DNA of 42,071 nucleotides from Xanthobacteraceae bacterium (GTDB lineage Bacteria; Pseudomonadota; Alphaproteobacteria; Rhizobiales; Xanthobacteraceae): NCBI GenBank assembly GCA_030044555.1, contig JASHVN010000280.1, positions 1 to 42,071 of the forward strand, read 5' to 3'. Shown piece by piece: positions 34,929 to 42,071 of this stretch (position 1 is its first letter; each line of letters starts with the position of its first letter). The notes under the pieces were generated by a model. It saw only the letters and a program-made list of their open reading frames with translations, ran no database searches and was not told where the DNA came from. The position numbers and the translations under genes were made by a program.

Positions 34929-36631
34929 CGGAGCTCCGGGCAGCGGTGATGTACGATCAACTCGCGATTTCCGACGAACTGATCCACCTGGCGAAGCAAG
35001 TCGCCACGGAACGCAATTTGGAACGGCTGCTCGGGGAAATCGTCGCCTCCGCGCGAAGGCTCACGCGCGCCGAGGGCGGACGCATTCTCGTGCTCGACCG
35101 CGCAGTGCGCCATCTCCACTGCGTCGTCGGCCAGAACGACGTAAATCCCGCGGCGAGCGCAATCGCGACGGCCGTGCCGGTATACGACGCCGGAATGCGC
35201 TACAATCTGCAAGACCCGAATATCTATTCGCTTGTCACCGGCAAGGTTGTGAACCTGGGCGATATGTACAGCCTCGCCAGCTTCGATTGCTCACCGCTTT
35301 TTGCGCTCGACCGCCAGTCCGGTTATCGGACCAAATCGCTCGTAGTGGTGCCGTTGCTCGGTGCCGATCAGGTGACGCTCGGCGTGCTGCAGCTTGTTAA
35401 TCTGCGGCTGGGACCCGGCGGCCAGGTGGGCTCTTTGCCGGAAGATGGCGTACGGCTTGTCTCGTCCTTTGCCGCCCATGCGGCAGCGGCTATTTCGATC
35501 ACCCGCTTGCTTGAGGAAAATCGTCGCCTCATCCGCCAACTGGATCGTGAGGCCGCCGAGCTCGAGGCGGAGAATTCGCGGCTGCATCAGCAAGTCGCGA
35601 GCGTAGCGCCGGATGGGATCGTCGGCGGCAGTCCGGCGATCATGCAGGCGCTCGATCTTACCCGCCGCGCTGCATCGTCGGCGCGCGTCGGCATTCTGCT
35701 CTTGGGAGAGACCGGGACCGGAAAGGACGTTTTTGCCGCGGCGATCCATCGCGCAAGCGAACGGTGCAAGGGCGCCTTTGTGGTGCAGAACTGCGCCGCT
35801 CTGCCGGAAACCTTGCTGGAGAGCGAATTGTTCGGCCATCGCAAGGGCGCCTTTTCGGGCGCCGTGGCGGACAAGAAGGGACTGATCCATGAGGCGAACG
35901 GCGGCACGCTGTTCCTCGACGAGATCGGGGAAATGCCGTTGGGGCTGCAGCCGAAGATCTTGCGGGTGCTCGAGGATGGGGTCGTGCGGCGCATCGGTGA
36001 CACCCGCGCGGAGACTGTCGACATCCGCATTATCGCGGCGACCAACGCCGATCTGGCGCAGAAAATGGCCAACGGCACATTCCGCGAAGACCTCTATTAT
36101 CGGCTCAGCGTCTTTCCGATCCGGCTGCCGCCGTTGCGCGAACGGCCGTCGGACATTCCGCTGCTGATCGACCACTTCCTTGCGCGCACCTGCAAGGCGC
36201 ACGCCCGCGCTGTGCCGGCGCTGACAGCGGACGCGCTCGACGCGCTGTGCTGCTGGCGCTATCCAGGAAACGTGCGCGAACTGCGCAACATCATCGAGCG
36301 CGCCTTGTTGCTCCTGGACGAAGGGCAACGCGTCGATCTTTGCCATCTCCCAACCGATGTATCGGCGCAGCGGCAGGTTCTCGTTCCCGCCACACCGGCC
36401 GGGGAGGATGGGGCCGCCATCGATCTAAAGAACGTCGTGCAGCAATACGAGGCGCGCATGATCGAAGCCAAGCTGCGCGAAGCCGGATGGAATCAAAGCC
36501 GCGCGGCCAAAATGCTCAATATTTCACGCCGTAGCCTGGTCGATAAATTGAACCGTTACGCAATTCGGGGTCCCAATTTGGCTGACGGCCGCGCAGAAAA
36601 CGTTGTGGGGCAGCCTCCGGTCTGGTGCTAA
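34925..36631 (+). CDS. Sigma-54-dependent transcriptional activator (GAF - AAA+ - Fis-type HTH; VasH-like)
   Basis: 568 aa. N-terminal GAF-like domain, Walker A GETGTGKD, sigma-54 contact loop GAFSGA (a GAFTGA variant), and C-terminal HTH ...WNQSRAAKMLNISRRSLVDKLNRY. The GTG start overlaps the clpV stop; ATG 34949 is an alternative. Confidence 0.88.
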   Translation: MTELRAAVMYDQLAISDELIHLAKQVATERNLERLLGEIVASARRLTRAEGGRILVLDRAVRHLHCVVGQNDVNPAASAIATAVPVYDAGMRYNLQDPNIYSLVTGKVVNLGDMYSLASFDCSPLFALDRQSGYRTKSLVVVPLLGADQVTLGVLQLVNLRLGPGGQVGSLPEDGVRLVSSFAAHAAAAISITRLLEENRRLIRQLDREAAELEAENSRLHQQVASVAPDGIVGGSPAIMQALDLTRRAASSARVGILLLGETGTGKDVFAAAIHRASERCKGAFVVQNCAALPETLLESELFGHRKGAFSGAVADKKGLIHEANGGTLFLDEIGEMPLGLQPKILRVLEDGVVRRIGDTRAETVDIRIIAATNADLAQKMANGTFREDLYYRLSVFPIRLPPLRERPSDIPLLIDHFLARTCKAHARAVPALTADALDALCCWRYPGNVRELRNIIERALLLLDEGQRVDLCHLPTDVSAQRQVLVPATPAGEDGAAIDLKNVVQQYEARMIEAKLREAGWNQSRAAKMLNISRRSLVDKLNRYAIRGPNLADGRAENVVGQPPVWC

Positions 36632-36640
36632 GCTGCCGTC

Positions 36641-37978
36641 ATGCCGGACAACGACACCGGCCGCCATCTCGCCGACTTTCTCGCCGGACGGCGGCCTTTC
36701 GAGAGCCTGGTCGGCGACCTGCGCACGCTGATCGCGGCCGATGCATCCATGGCGGATGCCCTGCAAACCTCTTTGCAGGATGCGGTCAATACCGGGCAGT
36801 TGCCCTATGATCTTGCGGTGCTGATCTGGAACGAAGCGGCCGGCCAGGATGACAGCCAGCCCGCCGATGGTGCCGACAGTGCAGGCGAGGGCGAAGGAAA
36901 CGGGCGAGCCGCGGCGTCATCATACCAGGAGAAAGTAGACGAAGTCGTGGTTTCGGCGTTGCTCGATGGCTTTCGTGCCTATCGCCAGCGCACGCAGCCC
37001 GCGGATGCGCAGAGCGACGCACGCGACGACAAGCACCTCGACGCCATATTGGCGGACTTTCGCGGTGCCCGTTTTCGGCGCGATGCCGCCTCGGCCGAGG
37101 CGGGCCAACCGCGCCGGCAGGCGAGCGTTGCCGCGCGGAATTCCAGCCGCGCGGTCGGCGTCGGCACCATGCTGCGCGATCGCTTCGTTCTCGACAAAGA
37201 ACTCGGCCGTGGCGGCATGGGCGCTGTCTACCGCGCCGTGGACCGGCGGCGCCTTGAGGCCATGCATCAGGCGCCTTACGTGGCGCTCAAGCTGCTCGGC
37301 GGCTCGTTCAAGGATCACCCCGACGCCTTGCGGACGCTCGAGAGCGAAGCGCGCAAGGCGCAGGAATTGGCGCATCCCAATATCGTGACCGTGTTCGATT
37401 TCGACCGCGACGAAGGCGAAGTCTTCATCGTGATGGAGCTTTTGCAGGGCATGGCGCTCGATCAGCTATTCGAACAATTTGGGCCTGGCGGCCTTGACGT
37501 TGCGGCTGCGCGGCGGATCGTGAATGGCGTTGGCGACGGGCTCGCTTACGCGCACGAACGCGGCATCGTGCACGCCGACATCAAGCCGGCAAATATTTTC
37601 GTGCTGAACGACGGGCAGATAAAAATCCTCGACTTCGGTATCGCATCGGCAGCGCGCCGCGGCGGCTTCGATGCCTCTAGCCTCGGCGCCTACACGGCCA
37701 CCTATGCGAGCCCCGAACTGGAGGACGGAGCTCCGCGGGATCCGCGCGACGACGTCTACGCGCTTGGCTGCGTTGCCTACATGGTGTTCAGCGGCGAGCA
37801 TCCGTTCGACAGGCTGTCCGGCGCCGAAGCACGCGAGCGCGGGCTGCAGCCGCCGAAGCTTGAGACCGCCAACGCCCATGAATGGCGTGCCATCGCGCAG
37901 GCCCTGGCGATGGAGCGCGAGGCAAGGCCGGCCAATGCCGGGATGTTCTGCGCGCAGTTCAGAGGCACAGCCGCGTAG
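36641..37978 (+). CDS. Second Ser/Thr protein kinase with an uncharacterised ~190-aa N-terminal region
   Basis: 445 aa. The kinase domain is C-terminal (GRGGMGAVYRAV, VALKLL, HADIKPANIF, DFG, SPE). The N-terminal region is acidic and low-complexity, with no TM segment. Confidence 0.85.
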   Translation: MPDNDTGRHLADFLAGRRPFESLVGDLRTLIAADASMADALQTSLQDAVNTGQLPYDLAVLIWNEAAGQDDSQPADGADSAGEGEGNGRAAASSYQEKVDEVVVSALLDGFRAYRQRTQPADAQSDARDDKHLDAILADFRGARFRRDAASAEAGQPRRQASVAARNSSRAVGVGTMLRDRFVLDKELGRGGMGAVYRAVDRRRLEAMHQAPYVALKLLGGSFKDHPDALRTLESEARKAQELAHPNIVTVFDFDRDEGEVFIVMELLQGMALDQLFEQFGPGGLDVAAARRIVNGVGDGLAYAHERGIVHADIKPANIFVLNDGQIKILDFGIASAARRGGFDASSLGAYTATYASPELEDGAPRDPRDDVYALGCVAYMVFSGEHPFDRLSGAEARERGLQPPKLETANAHEWRAIAQALAMEREARPANAGMFCAQFRGTAA

Positions 37979-38030
37979 GTGCCGCGTGCGGCGCTCGGTG
38001 CCGTGCGGCATCCATCAATCCGAGTTCGTG

Positions 38031-38798
38031 TCACGCCTCGATGAGGTCGACGACCGTCGAGATGCCCTTGGCGTAGGCTGAGCTTGGATCCATGACGGCG
38101 AACAAGCCGCCGCTGCCGAGGCGGATTAGCTCCTCGCTCATCGGCAGTACGGCAGCGACCGGGCTGCGATACGTGCTGGCGATGCGATCGGCAATCTGTC
38201 GGAAGTCGAACGCCGGCAGCACCTTGTTCACCACCAGAAGGAGCTGCGGGACTTCCAGGCGGCGCGCCAGCTCCAGCGTGACCGCAGTGCCCTGATAGTC
38301 CTGGTGGTCTGGCCGCAGGATCAGGACAAGCGTGTCGGAAATAGCAATCGACAGCAGCGTTTCTTCGTTGACCCCGGGATGCGTGTCGATCAACAGATAA
38401 TCGAGGGCGAGGCGTTCCCCGAGATCGCGGAAGCCGTCGTTCAACATACTGACATCGTAGCCTTCTTTGAGAATGCGAGCGATCTCGCCGGTACGGATGC
38501 TCGACGGGATCAGAAGCACGGCGCCGCCATTTGCTGTGCTCTGCTGTGCCGAGAGAGCATGCGAGACGTCCACCGCCGTGTCCTCAATGCGGCAATGGCC
38601 CCAAAGATAATCGTTCAGCGTATGCCGCAGGCGCTGCGGATCGACCTGAAACAGCACGTGGATACCGGGCGACTGAATGTCGGTGTCGACGATGGCCACC
38701 CGCTTGCCGCGCTGCGCGAGCAAGGCGGCAACATTTGCGGTCGTATTCGATTTGCCGGTTCCGCCGCGATAGGAATGGGTCGATACGATGCGGGTCAT
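38031..38798 (-). CDS. MinD/ParA-family P-loop ATPase with an atypical Walker A
   Basis: 255 aa. SYRGGTGKSNTTANVAALLAQRGKRVAIVDTDIQSPG has the deviant Walker A layout, but RGG replaces the signature KGG. Walker B-like YLLIDTHPG. 4-nt overlap with the upstream gene. Confidence 0.8.
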   Translation of the reverse strand: MTRIVSTHSYRGGTGKSNTTANVAALLAQRGKRVAIVDTDIQSPGIHVLFQVDPQRLRHTLNDYLWGHCRIEDTAVDVSHALSAQQSTANGGAVLLIPSSIRTGEIARILKEGYDVSMLNDGFRDLGERLALDYLLIDTHPGVNEETLLSIAISDTLVLILRPDHQDYQGTAVTLELARRLEVPQLLLVVNKVLPAFDFRQIADRIASTYRSPVAAVLPMSEELIRLGSGGLFAVMDPSSAYAKGISTVVDLIEA

Positions 38799-39238
38799 TT
38801 GCGGGACTGCGCTTGCGTGCGATGGCGCGCGCGCATGTCGCGGGCGCGGGCCTGGAGCGTCTGAAAGTAGTCGGTTTCCGCGATCTCCGAAACTTCGCGA
38901 TCTTTGCGGGCTTGATCGATGGTGATCTGCATCCGTTGCACCTGATCGCGCAGCACGGTGTTTTCCGAGGCGAGCTTGCGTTGCGCCTCTTCGAGCTGGC
39001 GATTGGTCTCGCCCAATTTCTCGAGCAGCTGGCTCAAATGAAATTCGCGGCCCTCCACCTGGACGGCCATGCTGGCAAAGGCCTCCGCCAGCTCGCGCAC
39101 CACGTCCGGAGCATCGGTTGATTCCGCCAGGGCGAACAGTTCATCGAGCTCAGCGTAGTTGCCGCGCGCCACGCGTTCGCAGACGCTTTTCAGGGCGAGG
39201 AGAAAACGGCCGGCCTCCATCGCGTCGCGGCCGGTCAA
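38795..39238 (-). CDS. Coiled-coil protein of unknown function (HAMP-like segment plus EIAETDYFQTLQ motif)
   Basis: 147-aa ORF with heptad-rich stretches (LSQLLEKLGETNRQLEEAQRKLASENTVLRDQVQRMQITIDQARKD). Start and stop overlap the STAS and ParA-like genes respectively. Confidence 0.6.
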   Translation of the reverse strand: MTGRDAMEAGRFLLALKSVCERVARGNYAELDELFALAESTDAPDVVRELAEAFASMAVQVEGREFHLSQLLEKLGETNRQLEEAQRKLASENTVLRDQVQRMQITIDQARKDREVSEIAETDYFQTLQARARDMRARHRTQAQSRK

Positions 39239-39552
39239 GCGGAGAGGCGGCTGACCGCCTCGTCGCGCGAATGGAAGATGTCGAGGAAACGCGAGAATCC
39301 GCTAATGTCGAAAACGTCCTTGGTCTGATCGTTGAGCGAGCACAGCACAAGCTGTCCGCCCAATGATTTTATCTGCCTCGCCGCGTGGAGCACAACGCGC
39401 AAGCCGGCGCTGCTAATGTAGTCGACAGCCGTCATATCCAAAAGCAGCCGGTCGGCGCCGGAGGCGATCGATTTCGCTATTTCGCCGTCGAGTGCCGGTC
39501 CACTGGCGCCGTCGATCCGCCCCTCCGGGCACAGGATGCAAATGGCGGTCAT
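39235..39552 (-). CDS. STAS-domain anti-sigma-factor antagonist (SpoIIAA/RsbV-like)
   Basis: Start at the internal ATG 39552 (MTAICILCPEGRIDG...), preceded by a GAGAGGGG RBS. Conserved ...LLLDMTAVDYISSAGLRVVLHA..., including the phosphorylatable Ser position. Confidence 0.82.
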   Translation of the reverse strand: MTAICILCPEGRIDGASGPALDGEIAKSIASGADRLLLDMTAVDYISSAGLRVVLHAARQIKSLGGQLVLCSLNDQTKDVFDISGFSRFLDIFHSRDEAVSRLSA

Positions 39553-39565
39553 GACACTACCCCTC

Positions 39566-41926
39566 TCAACCACGCGGACTATTCCATTCCGGCGCCGTCC
39601 AGCCGGCTGCCGTAGCGCCGCGCTCCGCAATCGCCGCGAGCGCGCGGCCAAGGCTGCCGATCGGCTGCGCACTTTTGCTCAGGATCAGCATCGTCCGCTC
39701 GGCCAGAAACTTCCGCTCGTCTTCGGTCAATATCTTGGCGGTCAGTACGACGATCGGGATTTCGGTCCAATCTTCGCGCTCGCGGATGCGGTCGAGGAAT
39801 TCGAAGCCGTCGACCTCCGTCATCATCAGGTCGAGCAGGATCAGCGCCGGTGCCGGGTTGTCGCGCAGCCAATCCAGCGCGGCGCGCCCGTGCACGGCTT
39901 CTGCCACCTTCAGGCCCGTGCTTTCCACTGTGCGGCGGACGACCGTGCGGATTTCCGGATCGTCGTCGACCACCAGCACGACACGATCACCTTGCGCGTG
40001 TGAGAACTGCTCGATCACCGTAATCAGGCGGCCGCGATCGATCGGTTTGGTCATGTAATCCGAAGCGCCAAGCGAATATCCGAGATTGCGGTCGTCGACG
40101 ATCGTCAGCATGATCACCGGAATGTGCTGCAGCGCCGCGTCCGACTTCATCACGCCGAGCAGAGACCAGCCGTCCATTTTCGGCATCATCACGTCGAGCG
40201 TCACGACGTCGATCGGCGTACGCCGCATTTGTTCGAGCGCTTCCAGACCGTCGCGGGCGAACAGCACGCTATAGCCTTCCTTGGTCAGGATAGCCGACAG
40301 CAGATCGTGAACGTCCGGGTCGTCATCGACGACAAGGACCGTGAGTGCGTTGCCGTTATCGGGGCGCTGGCGTGCTTTGCGCGCGGTCTGGCCCGCGCTC
40401 GGTGCGCTGTGCACCGTCTGATCGGGCAGCACGATCGTGAACGTCGAACCTTTCCCCGGCACGCTCGTGACGTTGATCGTTCCGCCCAGCATGGTGCAGA
40501 AATGCTTGGTGATGGTGAGGCCGAGCCCGGTGCCGCCGAAATGACGCGTGGTCGAGGAGTCGGCCTGCGCAAAGGCCTGGAACAGCCGCCCAATCTGCTC
40601 TTCCGTCATGCCGATGCCGCTATCGGATACTGTGAAGCGCACGCCGTCCGGGCAATCAGGATCCGCCAAGCGCGTCAGCGTCAATTTCACCTCGCCTTGC
40701 TTGGTGAATTTTGCGCCGTTGCTGAGCAGGTTGATGAGGCTCTGCTTGAGCTTGGTGAGGTCGGTGCGCAGCGAGCCGATGCTGGGCGGGCAGTCGATCG
40801 CGAGGTGATTGCCGTTTTTGGCCATCAGCGGCTCGACGATAGTGCTGACGTCCTCGATAAGACGGGGCAGGAATACCTGCTCAAGATACACATCCATCCG
40901 GCCGGCCTCGATCTTCGACAGGTCGAGGATGTCGTTGATGATGCCGAGCAGATGCTTGCCGGCGCCTTTGATTTTCTGCAGGTCGCTGACGCTCGGGGCG
41001 TCGCCACGGTCGTTGGCGTCTTCGATCAGGATTTCACTGTAGCCGATGATGGCATTGAGCGGCGTACGCAGCTCGTGGCTCATATTGGCCAGGAAGTCGG
41101 ATTTGGTGCGGTTCGCCTGCTCGGCCACGCGGCGGGCGTCCTGGACGGCAGCCTCCGCCTGCTTGCGCACGGTGATGTCGTTGATCCAAGAGATCAGGAC
41201 CGGCTGGCCGTCGTATTCGGTCTGTTTCCAGGACAGCAGCGACCAGAACGTACCGCCGTCGGGACGGCGATTTTGCACCTCGGCATTGAGCAACTCGCCC
41301 TCGCGGCGGAAAATTTCGAGCAGGCGATCACGCTGCGAGGGATCGGCATAAAGCTCGCGCACGTTTTTCGGCATTTGCTCCTTGGTCACACCATAGAGTT
41401 CATCGTGCCGGCGGTTGGTGTAGAGCAACTGTCCGCCAGAGCCGACGATACCGACGGCGACGGGGCTCGAGTCGAGCAGGTTGCGGATCTGCAGCGCGGA
41501 ACGCCGTAGCGCCTCGCGCTCGGCATCCTCTTCCGTGAGATCCTCGATCGTCACCATGTGGGCGCCGTCGACGGCGCGGCAGGCGAGGCCGAGCAGCCGG
41601 CCAGACGGCGTCTTCTGCGTGAACTTCACTCCGTCGGTGACGATTTGCGTCATGAGATGGTCGGCGGCAGTCGCGCTTTCTCCCTCGCCGTAGTCGCCGC
41701 GGGCGACCAAATGGGCAATGAGTTCGCGCGCAGAACGTCCCGCCGCGACATTCGCGACGTCGAGTTCCAGCAGGCGGGCGGCTTCGCTGTTCGCCGCTTG
41801 CAGCGCCAGGTTGCGATCGATCATGAGGGCGCCGAAAGGCAGTCCCTCCAGTACCAGGCGTAGGAGATTGGCAGAAGCATCGGCATTTGCCGAGCCGCCC
41901 GCTGTGGCCGCCAGAGCCTCGATCAT
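39566..41926 (-). CDS. Hybrid sensor histidine kinase (PAS-PAS-HisKA-HATPase_c-REC-REC)
   Basis: 786 aa. Two PAS-like segments, H-box FLANMSHELRTPLNAI, N/G boxes (LLSNGAKFT, DSGIGM, GGTGLGL), then two receivers (VLVVDDDPDV...TLDVMMPKMDGW and VLVVDDDPEI...LLDLMMTEVDGF). Confidence 0.9.
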   Translation of the reverse strand: MIEALAATAGGSANADASANLLRLVLEGLPFGALMIDRNLALQAANSEAARLLELDVANVAAGRSARELIAHLVARGDYGEGESATAADHLMTQIVTDGVKFTQKTPSGRLLGLACRAVDGAHMVTIEDLTEEDAEREALRRSALQIRNLLDSSPVAVGIVGSGGQLLYTNRRHDELYGVTKEQMPKNVRELYADPSQRDRLLEIFRREGELLNAEVQNRRPDGGTFWSLLSWKQTEYDGQPVLISWINDITVRKQAEAAVQDARRVAEQANRTKSDFLANMSHELRTPLNAIIGYSEILIEDANDRGDAPSVSDLQKIKGAGKHLLGIINDILDLSKIEAGRMDVYLEQVFLPRLIEDVSTIVEPLMAKNGNHLAIDCPPSIGSLRTDLTKLKQSLINLLSNGAKFTKQGEVKLTLTRLADPDCPDGVRFTVSDSGIGMTEEQIGRLFQAFAQADSSTTRHFGGTGLGLTITKHFCTMLGGTINVTSVPGKGSTFTIVLPDQTVHSAPSAGQTARKARQRPDNGNALTVLVVDDDPDVHDLLSAILTKEGYSVLFARDGLEALEQMRRTPIDVVTLDVMMPKMDGWSLLGVMKSDAALQHIPVIMLTIVDDRNLGYSLGASDYMTKPIDRGRLITVIEQFSHAQGDRVVLVVDDDPEIRTVVRRTVESTGLKVAEAVHGRAALDWLRDNPAPALILLDLMMTEVDGFEFLDRIREREDWTEIPIVVLTAKILTEDERKFLAERTMLILSKSAQPIGSLGRALAAIAERGATAAGWTAPEWNSPRG

Positions 41927-42071
41927 ATCACAATCAGCCGCGGCAGGCGCCTATAAGGGGCTCTGGGATTGGACAATCGTCCGCTGGCGCGCTCGGATCG
42001 CATGCGCTGGTACAAATACCATGAAGCCATCGATGAGTGCACGTCGCCGCGGCAGGAAGAGAAAGCCTTCT

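Noticed and set aside
37979-38030. Possible bidirectional terminator between the convergent kinase and ParA-like genes
   Set aside because: There is only a near-direct repeat (GTGCCGCGTGCGGC / GTGCCGTGCGGC) with 2-nt-loop mini-hairpins and no U-tract, so it is not convincing as an intrinsic terminator.
40124-41509. 461-aa + strand ORF opposite the hybrid histidine kinase
   Set aside because: The - strand frame has the H-box, N/G boxes and two receivers. The + frame has no motifs.
1-42071. CRISPR arrays, tRNA/rRNA genes, transposases, integrases, prophage genes
   Set aside because: I scanned for regularly spaced direct repeats, cloverleaf-like segments and DDE, tyrosine or serine recombinase motifs in the ORF track. 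None were found. The repeats present are palindromic REP/MITE-like elements without coding capacity.

Overview
High-GC bacterial chromosomal segment. The REP-like intergenic elements suggest an alphaproteobacterium of the Hyphomicrobiales/Rhizobiales type, but that is my recollection and not a search result. All calls rest on motif recognition in the supplied translations and by-eye reading of the DNA; no homology search was possible.

The window is dominated by a complete type VI secretion system (T6SS) locus on the + strand, about 11.3-38.0 kb: tssA-tssB-tssC-tssE-tssF-tssG, a 300-bp gap, then tagH(FHA)-tssJ-tssK-tssL-tssM-tagF-pppA-ppkA, vgrG, a small orphan ORF, hcp, clpV, a GAF/sigma-54 activator (VasH-like) and a second Ser/Thr kinase. 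A consensus sigma-54 promoter (TGGCAC-N5-TTGC) sits upstream of hcp, and a REP hairpin plus an intrinsic terminator follow it.

A tightly packed accessory operon lies on the - strand (9757 down to 1668): DUF2169 fused to pentapeptide repeats, a second pentapeptide-repeat protein, a PAAR-like DUF4150 protein, an AT-richer 319-aa protein with about 12 consecutive Gly-containing octads (gp5/VgrG-type beta-helix signature), a DUF3540-like protein and a TPR/GT9-like protein.

The most interesting point is that the vgrG in the core locus stops right after the gp5 OB-fold and has no beta-helix needle. A stand-alone beta-helix protein is encoded about 25 kb away, next to the only PAAR-like gene. This suggests a split T6SS spike, together with an uncharacterised DUF2169/pentapeptide/DUF3540 module that has no recognisable toxin-immunity pair.

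Partner-switching and phosphorelay genes bracket the T6SS. On the left are an RsbW-like kinase and a single-domain response regulator. On the right is an operon of hybrid PAS histidine kinase, STAS protein, coiled-coil protein and a MinD/ParA-like ATPase with an RGG (not KGG) Walker A. No sigma factor gene is present.

The first 1.67 kb is non-coding and packed with palindromic REP/MITE-like repeats.
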